From assembly GCA_963796285.1 (NCBI GenBank), contig CAWCKW010000012.1, positions 896,001 through 960,000 on the forward strand: a stretch of DNA of 64,000 nt, read 5' to 3'. Source of the DNA: Nitrospirota bacterium. Lineage in GTDB: Bacteria; Nitrospirota; UBA9217. Positions 29,533-39,565 of the stretch are shown one piece after another. A program made the translations under genes and the position numbers. Under the pieces are notes generated by a model, which searched no databases, was not told where the DNA came from, and saw only the letters and a list, made by a program, of their open reading frames with translations. The first letter of the stretch is position 1. Each line of letters opens with the position of its first letter.

Positions 29533-31071
29533 CTAAGTGGTAGGGCACCTTGAAAACGCTAGACCGGCAACCGATTTTGGTACGATGACGGAATCGTGGC
29601 TGCCGTAAGGGCTCGGCAGATAACCATAAAATTTGTCATCCTTGACACGGACCACGTAGGTCCCGGTCTTGGTCTTCTGATAACCACTGAACACGCCGAA
29701 CAGCCATTTCCCGTCATCGGTGATCGCGATTGTGTGCGTGTCCGGTCCTATATCTATGGTCTTGGTAATTTTCCAAGTCTTGGTGTCGATAGCGGCAATG
29801 CCGTTCGTGCTCGGGGATGGCCACCAGAGCGTGACATACATCTTGCTGCCATCGGGCGTAAAGCACATGTGGAACGGATTAGGATAAGCACCGCGCCAGC
29901 TGGGATCTCCGACTCCCGCAATTCTTCTCCAACTCGTAGGATCTGACTGATTGCTCGAATCGAAGACCGCCATAATGTTCTCCCGGCTGTTGTTCATGAG
30001 GATAAAACGGTTTCCGTCGGGACTGAAGCCCGCCTGATGTGCCGGCGTGGGAACATTCTTAAAGACAGCCTTCCATTCCCCGTTGCCTACTTTCTGTACC
30101 GGTACCTGGAAGCCCTGCTTGGCATGCTTATCGGATCCCACGCAGATGGCTTTCGGTTCCCACGTGGTCGTATCGAAAACGACGCCGCATCCGGGGAGGC
30201 GGAGGGCTGCAATAGCATAGTTCTTGTGGTTCGGATCCCAGCAAAGGGAGTCGAGGGCGACGAGGTTCTTCAGCCGGGGGCCGGGCACTTTCCCCTGCTC
30301 AGCGAAAAGTTCACCGCCGGGAACAAGCTCCCAGTCAGTCTTGCATCCCTTGGTCCCTTTCAGGTCGTAGGGGGCATGAAGCTTTTTGATGGTGAGCGTT
30401 CCCCCGTCCAACCAAACCCGCGAAAGTTCCGAATTGTTATACTCCCAGTCAAAGAGGACTGCGGCCTCCACGGTAGAATGACCCGCGCCTTCACCCTTCT
30501 TGAATACCGCCATGATGTCCTTCTGGCCGTCACACACGGAGAACCGTTTGTTATCCGGCGCCACAGTGACGTGCACACCAAGGCCGATGCCCGTAGTTTC
30601 CGCAACGTCTTCCAGGACGTTCATCTTGGTGCCATCGTAATTGCATCTCCAGATATTGAACCCTTCTGCGGGGTCCTTCACGGGTGTGGTCACACCGTAG
30701 ATATACAGGTTTTTCCCCCCCTGGGAATCGACGATCCACTCGAATTCCTTGTAGGGGTCTGGAGAAGCAAATGCGGCGAGATGGTGAACGATGGGTGTTT
30801 TATTTCCGGCCCATATGCTCATATTCATCGAGGCAAGACATTGACCGGTCGACATATCATGGGCGGCGACGCCGCCGGCGAACTTGCCCGGGACCAGATG
30901 AATGTATTTCCCGATCTGGTCGTAGACATCCTGGAACGTAGGGTCCCCGAATATGCCGGCTTCAGCGGTGTTGGGTGACATGCCAACTCTTATGGAACCC
31001 ATTTTGGATGCCAAACCGGCTGCTGCACTTGCAATACCAAACTTGAATAAACCGCGTCTCGTTAGTTTCAT
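29533..31071 (-). CDS. tcdh: Thiocyanate dehydrogenase (TcDH) homolog, Tat-exported tri-copper beta-propeller
   Basis: TRRGLFK Tat motif; runs matching recalled Thioalkalivibrio TcDH: PGKF, HH.AAF.SPDPYKEFE, QGGKN, GLGVHVT, DGQKD, DWELVPGGEL, HQAGFSPDG, WRGAYPN.FHM, WWPSP, GPD.HT, SGYQ, LPSP.G.HD. Confidence 0.9.
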   Translation of the reverse strand: MKLTRRGLFKFGIASAAAGLASKMGSIRVGMSPNTAEAGIFGDPTFQDVYDQIGKYIHLVPGKFAGGVAAHDMSTGQCLASMNMSIWAGNKTPIVHHLAAFASPDPYKEFEWIVDSQGGKNLYIYGVTTPVKDPAEGFNIWRCNYDGTKMNVLEDVAETTGIGLGVHVTVAPDNKRFSVCDGQKDIMAVFKKGEGAGHSTVEAAVLFDWEYNNSELSRVWLDGGTLTIKKLHAPYDLKGTKGCKTDWELVPGGELFAEQGKVPGPRLKNLVALDSLCWDPNHKNYAIAALRLPGCGVVFDTTTWEPKAICVGSDKHAKQGFQVPVQKVGNGEWKAVFKNVPTPAHQAGFSPDGNRFILMNNSRENIMAVFDSSNQSDPTSWRRIAGVGDPSWRGAYPNPFHMCFTPDGSKMYVTLWWPSPSTNGIAAIDTKTWKITKTIDIGPDTHTIAITDDGKWLFGVFSGYQKTKTGTYVVRVKDDKFYGYLPSPYGSHDSVIVPKSVAGLAFSRCPTT

Positions 31072-31165
31072 TTTACGCTCCTTTTGTCTGTTATTTTATT
31101 TTAGATCCCGCCCTGATGAATCACTACGTTAAGCACCCCTTTTCGCCTCCTCTCATGCTCAAGAT

Positions 31166-31291
31166 AGCAAAACGCATGCCCAACCATGCCTATTTTCAAC
31201 TAACTGATTTATTGGAATCCCTAGAATGGAACGCACAGACTATATTTTCAAAGTGAAACATTGAAATGAAGGTGGTTTTCCAATGTGAAAC
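31166..31291 (-). promoter_or_regulatory. Sigma54 promoter of the tcdh operon with IHF site and two enhancer palindromes
   Basis: TGGGCATGCGTTTTGCT (GG-N10-GC) at 31166-31182; AATCAGTTAGTTG at 31197-31209; TTTCA-N3-TGAAAC at 31246 and TTCCA-N3-TGAAAC at 31278. Confidence 0.8.
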
Positions 31292-31615
31292 GTTTTTTGC
31301 CGATAAAGCTTACATTATAATATTGTGTTGACACTGCCTGGAATGACGGACATCTGAGCATCGGCTATGAATACAATGACAACCATGACGATGCGACTGT
31401 CGGCATGGGTCCCTCCAAACTTATGACTCTGATATGGTAGACAGTGTCAGGATCAGCAAACCTGCATTCCGCACTGTTATCTTATGTACTCATGAAAGTG
31501 ATCATTGCAATCATTGAACAATCGCATGCTTCCACCCTTCATGGCCTGGTTTATGCCGCGCATTTTTTACGAAACTTCGAGAAGCGATGTGAAAACGTAT
31601 AATTATAATTTTACA

Positions 31616-31644
31616 TTGACAAGCTTTTTTGTTCGCCTTATATT
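31616..31644 (+). promoter_or_regulatory. Sigma70 promoter giving a leaderless transcript
   Basis: TTGACA-17 nt-TATATT; predicted +1 falls on the ATG at 31651. Confidence 0.7.
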
Positions 31645-31650
31645 GCAAAC

Positions 31651-31935
31651 ATGAAATGGAAGGCCATCATCATACTTTTGGCAATCGCCCTCAGTATCGT
31701 TGTTCCTCCATCGCTGCCTTTTCTGTCCGATCAAGGCGCGATGGCAGCAATTGGGACTCTTGATATCTGCCATTCCTCAACGCCTGCCCTGTCTTCAAAC
31801 GGCGACATGCCGTGTATCAATGAGTGCCCCTGCGGTCCCCTTCCTATGGAGCTGGAAAACGCAGCGGAAATTGCACCCTCCCCGTGTAAACCTTTCTTGC
31901 TTGCCTATCAAGACGAACGTCCTCCGAAACACTAA
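31651..31935 (+). CDS. Small Cys-rich leader-type protein (DUF2946/CruR-like), C-terminal ERPP
   Basis: Hydrophobic N-terminus, DICH, CINECPC and ERPPKH; heads the copper operon. Confidence 0.65.
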   Translation: MKWKAIIILLAIALSIVVPPSLPFLSDQGAMAAIGTLDICHSSTPALSSNGDMPCINECPCGPLPMELENAAEIAPSPCKPFLLAYQDERPPKH

Positions 31936-32121
31936 TCTGTAGTTCAAAGCCGAAGTCGTCAGTATTCCCCCTCGGAATAGGTATGCGTAAGGTATGCGCA
32001 TGCCGGCATGCTCGCTCCGCTTCGGCAATATCCGTTGTCTTACTTGTTTACATACATGATATTTCTGAGGCGGAGCCGTCTTTCCCATCTCCGGAAACTG
32101 ATTTATTTTGGCACCAGAATA

Positions 32122-32610
32122 ATGAAAACCCTTATTGCCATGCTGTTTATTGCAGCCATCCTGGTTCCTCTGCCGGCTTTTGCCGTCAATGCAGGGGAAG
32201 TTGCTCCCGGATTCAGTCTGAAGGATGTTAACGGAAACGAGGTGACCCTGAATAGTTTGAAAGGGAAAGTGGTTTTCCTTACGTTCTGGGCCACATGGTG
32301 CCCTTCCTGCAAAGAGGAACTGCCGGACCTGAATACACTGCAACGAAAATATTCGGCTAAAGGATTTACGGTCCTGAGTATTTGTATTGAATCATCGGAC
32401 TCGATCGTGGCGAACTACCTGAAGAAACATCCGGTACTCTTTCCGGTCCTGGTGGACAAAGAAGGAAGTGTTGCGGAGTCTTTTCGCTTTTCCGGATTGC
32501 CGGCATCCTTCATAATCGGAAAGGATGGCTTAATCCGGTACAAGCATTCGGGTTACGATAAGGAATCTTTCACCCTGATCGAGCAGGAGATCATTGAGTC
32601 TGCTGAATAA
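32122..32610 (+). CDS. TlpA-family thiol-disulfide oxidoreductase
   Basis: Signal peptide; FWATWCPSCKEELP. Confidence 0.93.
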   Translation: MKTLIAMLFIAAILVPLPAFAVNAGEVAPGFSLKDVNGNEVTLNSLKGKVVFLTFWATWCPSCKEELPDLNTLQRKYSAKGFTVLSICIESSDSIVANYLKKHPVLFPVLVDKEGSVAESFRFSGLPASFIIGKDGLIRYKHSGYDKESFTLIEQEIIESAE

Positions 32611-32654
32611 ATGAATGAAACAAAAATAAATGATAAAACTAGGAGGAACAAGAA

Positions 32655-33583
32655 ATGAAATGGATTAGATCATATGGTTTGGAACTGGTTTTGGTATGTT
32701 TGGCATGCATGACAATGATGATCGCTTGCGTGCGGAAAATCCAATGATAGCAGTACACCGTCAGCGGTTTATAAAGTAGAGTATGTTCCTGGAACGGGCA
32801 TGAACGCGCCGACTGAGGGAAAAACAACATTTCAACTGAAGATCACAAAAACAAGTGATGGATCTCCTGCAACAGGGCTCACGCCGGCGTTGTCATTACA
32901 ATGACCATGACCAGCGGTGACTCAGCATGCCACGCCGATAGATCTTGTATCAGGAGTCCAGCACCACGCCCGGCACTTATGATTGCACGGTCTACTACAT
33001 GATGGCATCAGGAGAGGTACAACAATGGGGACATGGGAAATGAAGGTGACGGTCAATGGTGAAACAACGATATTCAATCCCGATGTCGCCATGTCCATGG
33101 ACAGTCGATACGGTGAAAGCGACATTGAAGGGACAGAACGATATAATCAGCAGCATGTCTGGTACGGAAAAGCGATCCTACTATCATTTTCAATGATGGT
33201 CTGACAGCGGCATGGGCATGGGGCAGGCACACTGAGCCTCAAATTCCTTGCACGCCAAGGAGAGCTAATGACTTCTCTGCTCTGTCGGTCAGCACGACGA
33301 CACCTGCATGATGAAACCGGTGCGCATGGATCCGCCGACCCCGTTACCGTGGAGGCATCCCTGGATGGGAACAAATTGGACAACGCGGCACGAACACCAA
33401 GGGCGGTCACTGGTCAATTTCCCTTTAATGTCAGGCATCACCTCCAGCGTCACGAACACGATCTATGTTCGCCTGTCTGTCGGCAAGAACGGTGGCGTGG
33501 CCGAGCAGAAAACCACTGACGGCAATGCGGCATCCGGCAGCAACGGATATCAGACCATTCTTGTGACGCCGAGCAGCATGTAA
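32655..33583 (+). pseudogene. Multiply frameshifted exported YtkA-like Met/His-rich lipoprotein (errors or decay)
   Basis: AGGAGG RBS, signal/lipobox-like start; fragments such as GTWEMKVTV and RLSVGKNGG...EQKTTDG in shifting frames. Confidence 0.5.
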
Positions 33584-34574
33584 ATGGATATGCGGCGATT
33601 TAAGATTTTGTTCTCATCGTTTCCTGACAGCGGCCCTCCTTGGGGGGGCCGCATGTCTCTTGCCTCCATCGGCCTGGGCCGGTTCCTGCTGCGGAGGCGG
33701 AGGCGGCGCGACCCTGCTTCTGCCGAAGTTCTCTCAGGGCATGGTCGATGTTTCCTTTGATCTGGAAAAATACGACGGTTTCTGGAACCAGGATGGGAAG
33801 TATACACCGGACCCTGCGGGATCCGATCTGCGGCAATACCGTCTGAACACGGGGCTTGCCCGGCGTCTTTCTACGAAATGGCAGGTCAGCGTCCTCGTTC
33901 CCTATGTCTGGAACGTCAATAGATATGCCTCGGGTACCCATCGAACGGACGGGATCGGCGACATGACATTGAACGCCTGGTATGAAGCGCTCGATGATAC
34001 TTCCGCGTGGAAGATACGTGATCTGAAGGACCTGACGCCTTCGATCACTATCGGTCCCTCACTGGTCATTCCCACCGGCATCTCGCCCTATGACGGTGTG
34101 CCCAGCGATGATGTGACCGGCCGCGGCTTCTACAGGCTCGATGGGAACATCATTATCTCGAAAACCCTCCACCCCTGGAGCGCTTCTGTTGCTCTGAGCT
34201 ATGGGAGTTATCTTGAACGACCTGTCAATCGGGAAGTAGACTACGTCCCGCCGTACCGTAAAAAACTGGGGGACCGATCATCCGCGTCAATTTCATTAAG
34301 CTACATCTATTACCTCGGGTCCGGTGGAGATGCATTGACCGGCACTGCTTCGCTGTCGGAATTACGTGAAGCTGATGCGACCAGAGACGGCAATCGGATT
34401 GATAACAGCGGACTTAAGAAGGACTCGATCGGCGGTTCCATTGCCTACTCAAGCACTGATCATGATTGGGGGGTCAGAGCGATATGGATTCATACGGTCA
34501 AGCAAGACGGTTGGGGGATAAACTTCCCTGCAACCGACATCTATACCATCGGGGTGAATTATGGGTTCCGCTAA
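33584..34574 (+). CDS. Outer-membrane beta-barrel 'transporter' with N-terminal SCCGGGG (frameshift in the signal region)
   Basis: GIGD...PTG...TGRGF pattern; aromatic C-terminus. Confidence 0.75.
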
Positions 34575-35121
34575 TATGCGTTGGCTAATACAGTTGCTGA
34601 TTCCGATCTTTCTTGCGGGATGCGGCGGCATGATGGATGATCTTAATCCGTCTAACATCGACAAACAGGCGACCGTTCAAGCAGGTACCGTGGGGCCCGC
34701 TGTTGGCCAGAATGCTCCGGATTTCACGCTTTCCGACACCCTCGGGACCAGCGTCACGCTCTCGTCCGTGCTTACCGGGACTGCCGTGAACGGCGTTGTT
34801 CTGTACTTCACCATGTGGTGCCCGACCTGCGACATACATATGAGCAGCATGCGAAGTTCCCAGATCCCGATGTTTCCGAATGTGCGTTTTTACGCTGTCG
34901 ATTATGTGTCAAGCACAGTTGCTGATGCCAGGAATTCAGAGCTATCGAACGGGTATGAAGGATCCGGATTCATTGTTCTGGCGGATACGGTTCAGACAGT
35001 ACTGAATCTTTACCATGGCACAATGGGGACCACTGTTGTCATTGACAAAACGGGTATCATACGGATGAACGAGGATTATAAGGACGATAGATTGACGGCA
35101 GCGCTCACGAGTTTACCGTGA
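34561..35121 (+). CDS. Redoxin (TlpA/peroxiredoxin-like) lipoprotein
   Basis: Lipobox LAGC; APDFTL; MWCPTC. Confidence 0.87.
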   Translation: MGSANMRWLIQLLIPIFLAGCGGMMDDLNPSNIDKQATVQAGTVGPAVGQNAPDFTLSDTLGTSVTLSSVLTGTAVNGVVLYFTMWCPTCDIHMSSMRSSQIPMFPNVRFYAVDYVSSTVADARNSELSNGYEGSGFIVLADTVQTVLNLYHGTMGTTVVIDKTGIIRMNEDYKDDRLTAALTSLP

Positions 35122-35153
35122 CCGGGGCACTCAATACAACTAAGGAGCAATTC

Positions 35154-35621
35154 ATGTTGAAACGAAGATTTGCCATCATCGCTGTACTCACCGTGGTTCT
35201 GGTCGGTATGGCTGAAATGAATGTCCTGGCCCAGGACGATATTGATGCTCACCGCTCCTGTGCCAGCTGCGGCATGGACAGGAAAGCCTACGGATACAGC
35301 CGTATGCTGATCCAGTATGAGGACGGGGCCATGGTAGGCACCTGCAGCCTGCATTGTGCCGTTGTCAAGCTTGATGCAAACCAAGGGCGGACGGTGAAAT
35401 CCCTTCTCGTCGCCGACAGGGACTCCCGGACGCTGATCGATGTTGAGCATGCGATCTGGGTCATGGGAGGTGGAAAGCGCGGTGTCATGACGCAACAGCC
35501 TACGTGGGCCTTCCAGTCAAAGGCAGGCGCTGAAGCGTTCATGAAGGCGAACGGAGGGAAGATGGTCACCTGGGCCGAAGCCCTCGCTGCTGCCAGGGAG
35601 GAGCTGGTCCAGAAGCATTGA
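35154..35621 (+). CDS. NosL-family copper-binding protein
   Basis: CASCGM, CSLHC, GVM...AF...AEAF...GG. Confidence 0.87.
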   Translation: MLKRRFAIIAVLTVVLVGMAEMNVLAQDDIDAHRSCASCGMDRKAYGYSRMLIQYEDGAMVGTCSLHCAVVKLDANQGRTVKSLLVADRDSRTLIDVEHAIWVMGGGKRGVMTQQPTWAFQSKAGAEAFMKANGGKMVTWAEALAAAREELVQKH

Positions 35622-35738
35622 CAGATTCTATATCAGCCCCGTAAGCTGTTAGACACCGCTTTTAATGAAAGCGCAGGCACCTGCAACTATGTTGTTGATT
35701 CATCGGGAAGTTGTGTCTTTTATCAAGTTAGTGTATGA

Positions 35739-35766
35739 TTGACGTAAATAAAATAAGCGCTATAAT
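35739..35766 (+). promoter_or_regulatory. Sigma70 promoter for the copCD unit
   Basis: TTGACG-16 nt-TATAAT. Confidence 0.6.
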
Positions 35767-35828
35767 AAAATTCAAGCAATAGAAGAATGTTGAACGTTAT
35801 TAATTTATAGGAGGAACATAAGCGTCGT

Positions 35829-36801
35829 GTGAAGAGTTCAATTGTGAGATTGCTGGCAGCAAGCTGTTCTGTTTCAGTCTTATAATGATCATCGCATCGA
35901 TCCCGTCAACTTCATTCGCCCATGGGGTCGCGGGACAACGGTTTTTCCCCACGACCTTTGCCGTGGATGATCCATTCATTTCTGATGAGTTTTCCGTGCT
36001 GTATCAATTCGATAAAGATGAACGATGACGCGGGCGGGCCGCAGCGTTCGGACTTCGTCATTTGATGTCGGATATTCCAAGCGCATCCTGCCCAACTTCG
36101 GGATTGAGGTCGCTGAATCGTACCAGCGCCTGCACACCGAGGGCGACGGCACTGTCAGCGGCTATGGCAACCTCGAAGTGAATGCAAAATATCAGTTCTA
36201 CACGAGCGCTTCAACATGAAACGATCATTTCTTTGGTGTGTCGGACGAAATCGGACAATACCGGTTCCAGCAAAGATCGGCTCGGAGTCCTTCTCCGACA
36301 ATTTCGCCCGCGCTTCTATTTTCGGCAAAGGGTTCGGCGACCTGCCCGACTCAATGCAATTACTTGAAGCCTCTCGCGATCACCGGGGTCATCGGTCCGA
36401 ACTTCCCTTCGCAGAAACAAACGATCACCGTAAACGCGGACACAGGTGACATAGATGTGGAACGTCATCCGACCACGCTGACGTGGGCGTTCTCTCTACA
36501 GTACAGCCTGATGTATCTCCAGTCGGCGGTAAAGGACGTGGGGCTTGGCGCTCCCTTCAACCGGATGGTCGCGGTCGTCGAATTTCCGATGGAGACGTGC
36601 CTGAACACGGACTGCAAAAATCAGACGACCGGGACCGTAAACCCGGGGATCGCCTGGATCGGCAAATATACGGAGTTGGGCATTGCCGCGGAGATCCCGA
36701 TGAACCCGCGTTCAGGAGCGGGTACCGGGGTCTTCGTCCTTTTTCACCTCTTTATCGATGACCTGTTCCCGAAGAGCATAGGGAGACCGATATTCCCGTG
36801 A
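35829..36801 (+). CDS. Putative outer-membrane protein of the CopCD-associated type (several frameshifts)
   Basis: Mature N-terminus HGVAGQRFFPTTFAVDDP; beta-strand pattern; ends HLFIDDLFPKSIGRPIF. Confidence 0.65.
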
Positions 36802-37184
36802 AAATATCTGCACAATCACTCACTATCCGGACTTCATCCGCTCTTCTGTTCACGGTGTTCCTCCTAATAATGCCGAACGCAGCGCGAGGCCATGCGTACC
36901 CGGACCACGCAGATCCCAAGGTAGGAGCGACGATCAACACCTCTCCCGACCGCGTGCGCATATGGTTTGACAGCGATCTGGAACCGGACTTTTCCACGAT
37001 CATGGTCCATAATGCGGAAAACACGATGGTGAGCAACAGGGACAGCCGCGTAAATCCGTCAGATGCGACACTTCTTGAGGTGAGTGTGCCGCGGCTGCCT
37101 CCGGGCAAATATCGCGTCATCTGGAGCGTCGTGGCAAGGGACGGGCACCTTACTCAGGGTGACTATACATTCTCTATCAGATGA
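36798..37184 (+). CDS. copC: Periplasmic copper-binding protein CopC
   Basis: Mature His1 (HAY), PD.VRIWF and YRVIWSVVARDGH. Confidence 0.92.
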   Translation: MKISAQSLTIRTSSALLFTVFLLIMPNAARGHAYPDHADPKVGATINTSPDRVRIWFDSDLEPDFSTIMVHNAENTMVSNRDSRVNPSDATLLEVSVPRLPPGKYRVIWSVVARDGHLTQGDYTFSIR

Positions 37185-38979
37185 CTTTCTTTATTCACAT
37201 CATTCCCGAATGGCTCGAACTCGCCGCCCTGACCTTCTGCATCGGGCTGCTTGGTTGCCGTCTCTGGGTCTCTACCCGGTCAGCGAACGCCGGGTTTATT
37301 GAACAAGAACATATCCTTGACAATATACGGCGTCTGCTCGGCGTCTGCATGGCCTTAATGTTCTTCGGCAGCGGTGTCAATTTGATCTGGCGCGCCGCGG
37401 AGATGAGCGGCCGTCCACTCTCGACAATTTTGCCCGTGCTCCCGAGGGTGATATTTCATACCCATCTCGGAGGCGCCTGGTTTATTCGCATCGTGGCACT
37501 TGTCCTTTTGTCGCTTACGCTCCTGGCGGGCCGGCGGCTCCGTAATGCGCGCGGAATTACAGGTTTCATGCTCTGCATCGCCGTCATCATCGCTATGACC
37601 GAAAGCGCATCAGGACACGCCTCGGATAAAGGCGACTTCAGCATCCTTGAAATAACGGATTTTTCCCACCTCCTCGCCGCCAGCGCTTGGGGAGGCGGGC
37701 TCTTGGCCTTGTCCCTGGTTATTCTTCCAAATTTGGCAAGGGCAGGCGATCAATCAGCAGCGCTGATAGCGGACATTGCCTGCAGATTTTCCAGGATAGC
37801 GGGCATCGCCGTCGGGATCATCGCGATTACAGCGCTCTACAACGCGTGGGCATTCGTTGGGAGTTTCGAATCGATCTGGACGTCGCCCTACGGTTGGACG
37901 GTGTTTGCCAAAGTAATTCTCTTTTCCCTCCTCATTTCCCTCGGCGCATTCAATCGGTACGTCAGCGTTCCCCTGTTGCTGGAATGGGGAGGGACTTCCC
38001 GCGCATCACGGGGCATGATTACTCGCGCTGCAAGCCATTTGTTTTCTCGATATTTCCATAATCCAGATGGACTCCAGATCGCGTTAAGATTCAAACGGAA
38101 CGTAAAGGTCGAGGCGATGCTTATGCTCGGGGTGCTCCTGTGCGCCGCCATGCTCCGCCACGAAATCCCCGCTCTCCATCATTCCCATATTGAACATGAA
38201 AGGCAGCGACATGCGGCCAAGGGACCAACGCCGGTTGTCAGCTTTGAGACAGAGCCTTCAAAGATAACTGCCCAGACCCCCGTGACGATGACGGTCCGCA
38301 TGAAAGATCCGGACGGAAGGCCGCTGCAAGGACTTGAGGTCTCCCACGAACGGATACTCCATGCAATTATCGTCGGCCAGGACATGAGGACCTTTGCGCA
38401 TATCCACCCCGAGGATGCGGGGCCGATCACCCGTGAGATGATGAAAAAGGCGGACTTCCCACTCCACTTCACATTTCCGAAGGCCGGGGAATATCTTGTC
38501 GGCGCCGACTTTTTTGCGGGAGATGAATTTTACAGCAGGATGTTTCACCTCTCTGTTTCTGGCAAGCCGGCAATGGAAGGGCCAACGACGGATTTCTCGA
38601 CGAGAAAGAATTTCGGCGAATACAGGGTCACCATGTCAGCTTCCCCGGCGAATATCAAGGCGGGCGAGGAAACGTCGCTCAGTTATATCATTGAAAAGAA
38701 CGAGAAGACGGTTACGGACCTCAATCCCTACCTGGGCGCAGCGATGCACATTGCTGTCGTCTCCGTAGACCTCAAACAGTATATTCACGTTCACGGGTCC
38801 GTTCCCGGCGAGCCCCATGATCACCAGGACCATATGCATACCAAAGCCCCCTAAAAAGTTCGGCCCGGAGATAGAGGCCGACGTCGTCTTTCCCGTCAAA
38901 GGGGATCTATACGATATTTAGTCAGGTAAAACACCGCGACAAGGTACTTCTCTTCGATTTTATGGTGAATGTACAGTGA
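37181..38979 (+). CDS. copD: CopD copper membrane protein fused to two His-rich periplasmic domains (frameshift near 38850)
   Basis: SGHA, HLLAASAWGGGL, RFS and YG..FAK; then HERILH, HIHP, YLGAAMH and HVHG. Confidence 0.85.
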
Positions 38980-38995
38980 TCAAACAGGTGATAAA

Positions 38996-39458
38996 ATGAC
39001 TTATACGATTGGCGGGAACGCTGTCATCAGGAGAATAATAGCTCTCATCTCAGCTCTTTTTTATTTGCTGCTCATTTCCTGCTCGCGCCAGACCGTCTAC
39101 CCACCTGCGCCTCAAAGCGGAACGGATGTCGTCATTGAAGTAGCTGCGCTCCAGTCTGAGGTGCCGAAATTCTATACCTACCACTATCAAGGCAAGAACA
39201 TAAGTTTCTTTTTGCTCAAGGTCCAGGACAGGGTCCTTGCCTTTCTCGATGCCTGCGCAAGTTGCTATCCTCACAAACAGGGATTCCGCTATGAGAACGG
39301 TTGTGTTTCCTGCCGCTATTGCGCTATGCAATTTCCGGTTCGCAAAGCTCGAACAAGGGATCGGCGGGTGTTACCCGATCAAACTGGAAGGCAGGCTTGA
39401 AAATGGCCAGTTTCGTATTCCGGTAAAGTCGCTTGAAGCGGCCGCTGATAAATTCTGA
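38996..39458 (+). CDS. DUF2318 Fe-S/Cys-rich protein (frameshift near 39340)
   Basis: DACASCY...CRYC...GGCYP. Confidence 0.8.
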
Positions 39459-39565
39459 CACAACCCGTTTGTTCTTACGGTAAAAGATGGTTACCCTCTG
39501 TTGCTCGTTGTTTTGTTCTCCGTCTGCGATCCCCATCAACCGCATGCGAGCATCTCACGCCATGC

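Noticed and set aside
29533-31071. Nitrous oxide reductase (suggested by Tat signal, beta-propeller and nearby NosL)
   Set aside because: There is no C-terminal CuA domain and the motifs match TcDH.
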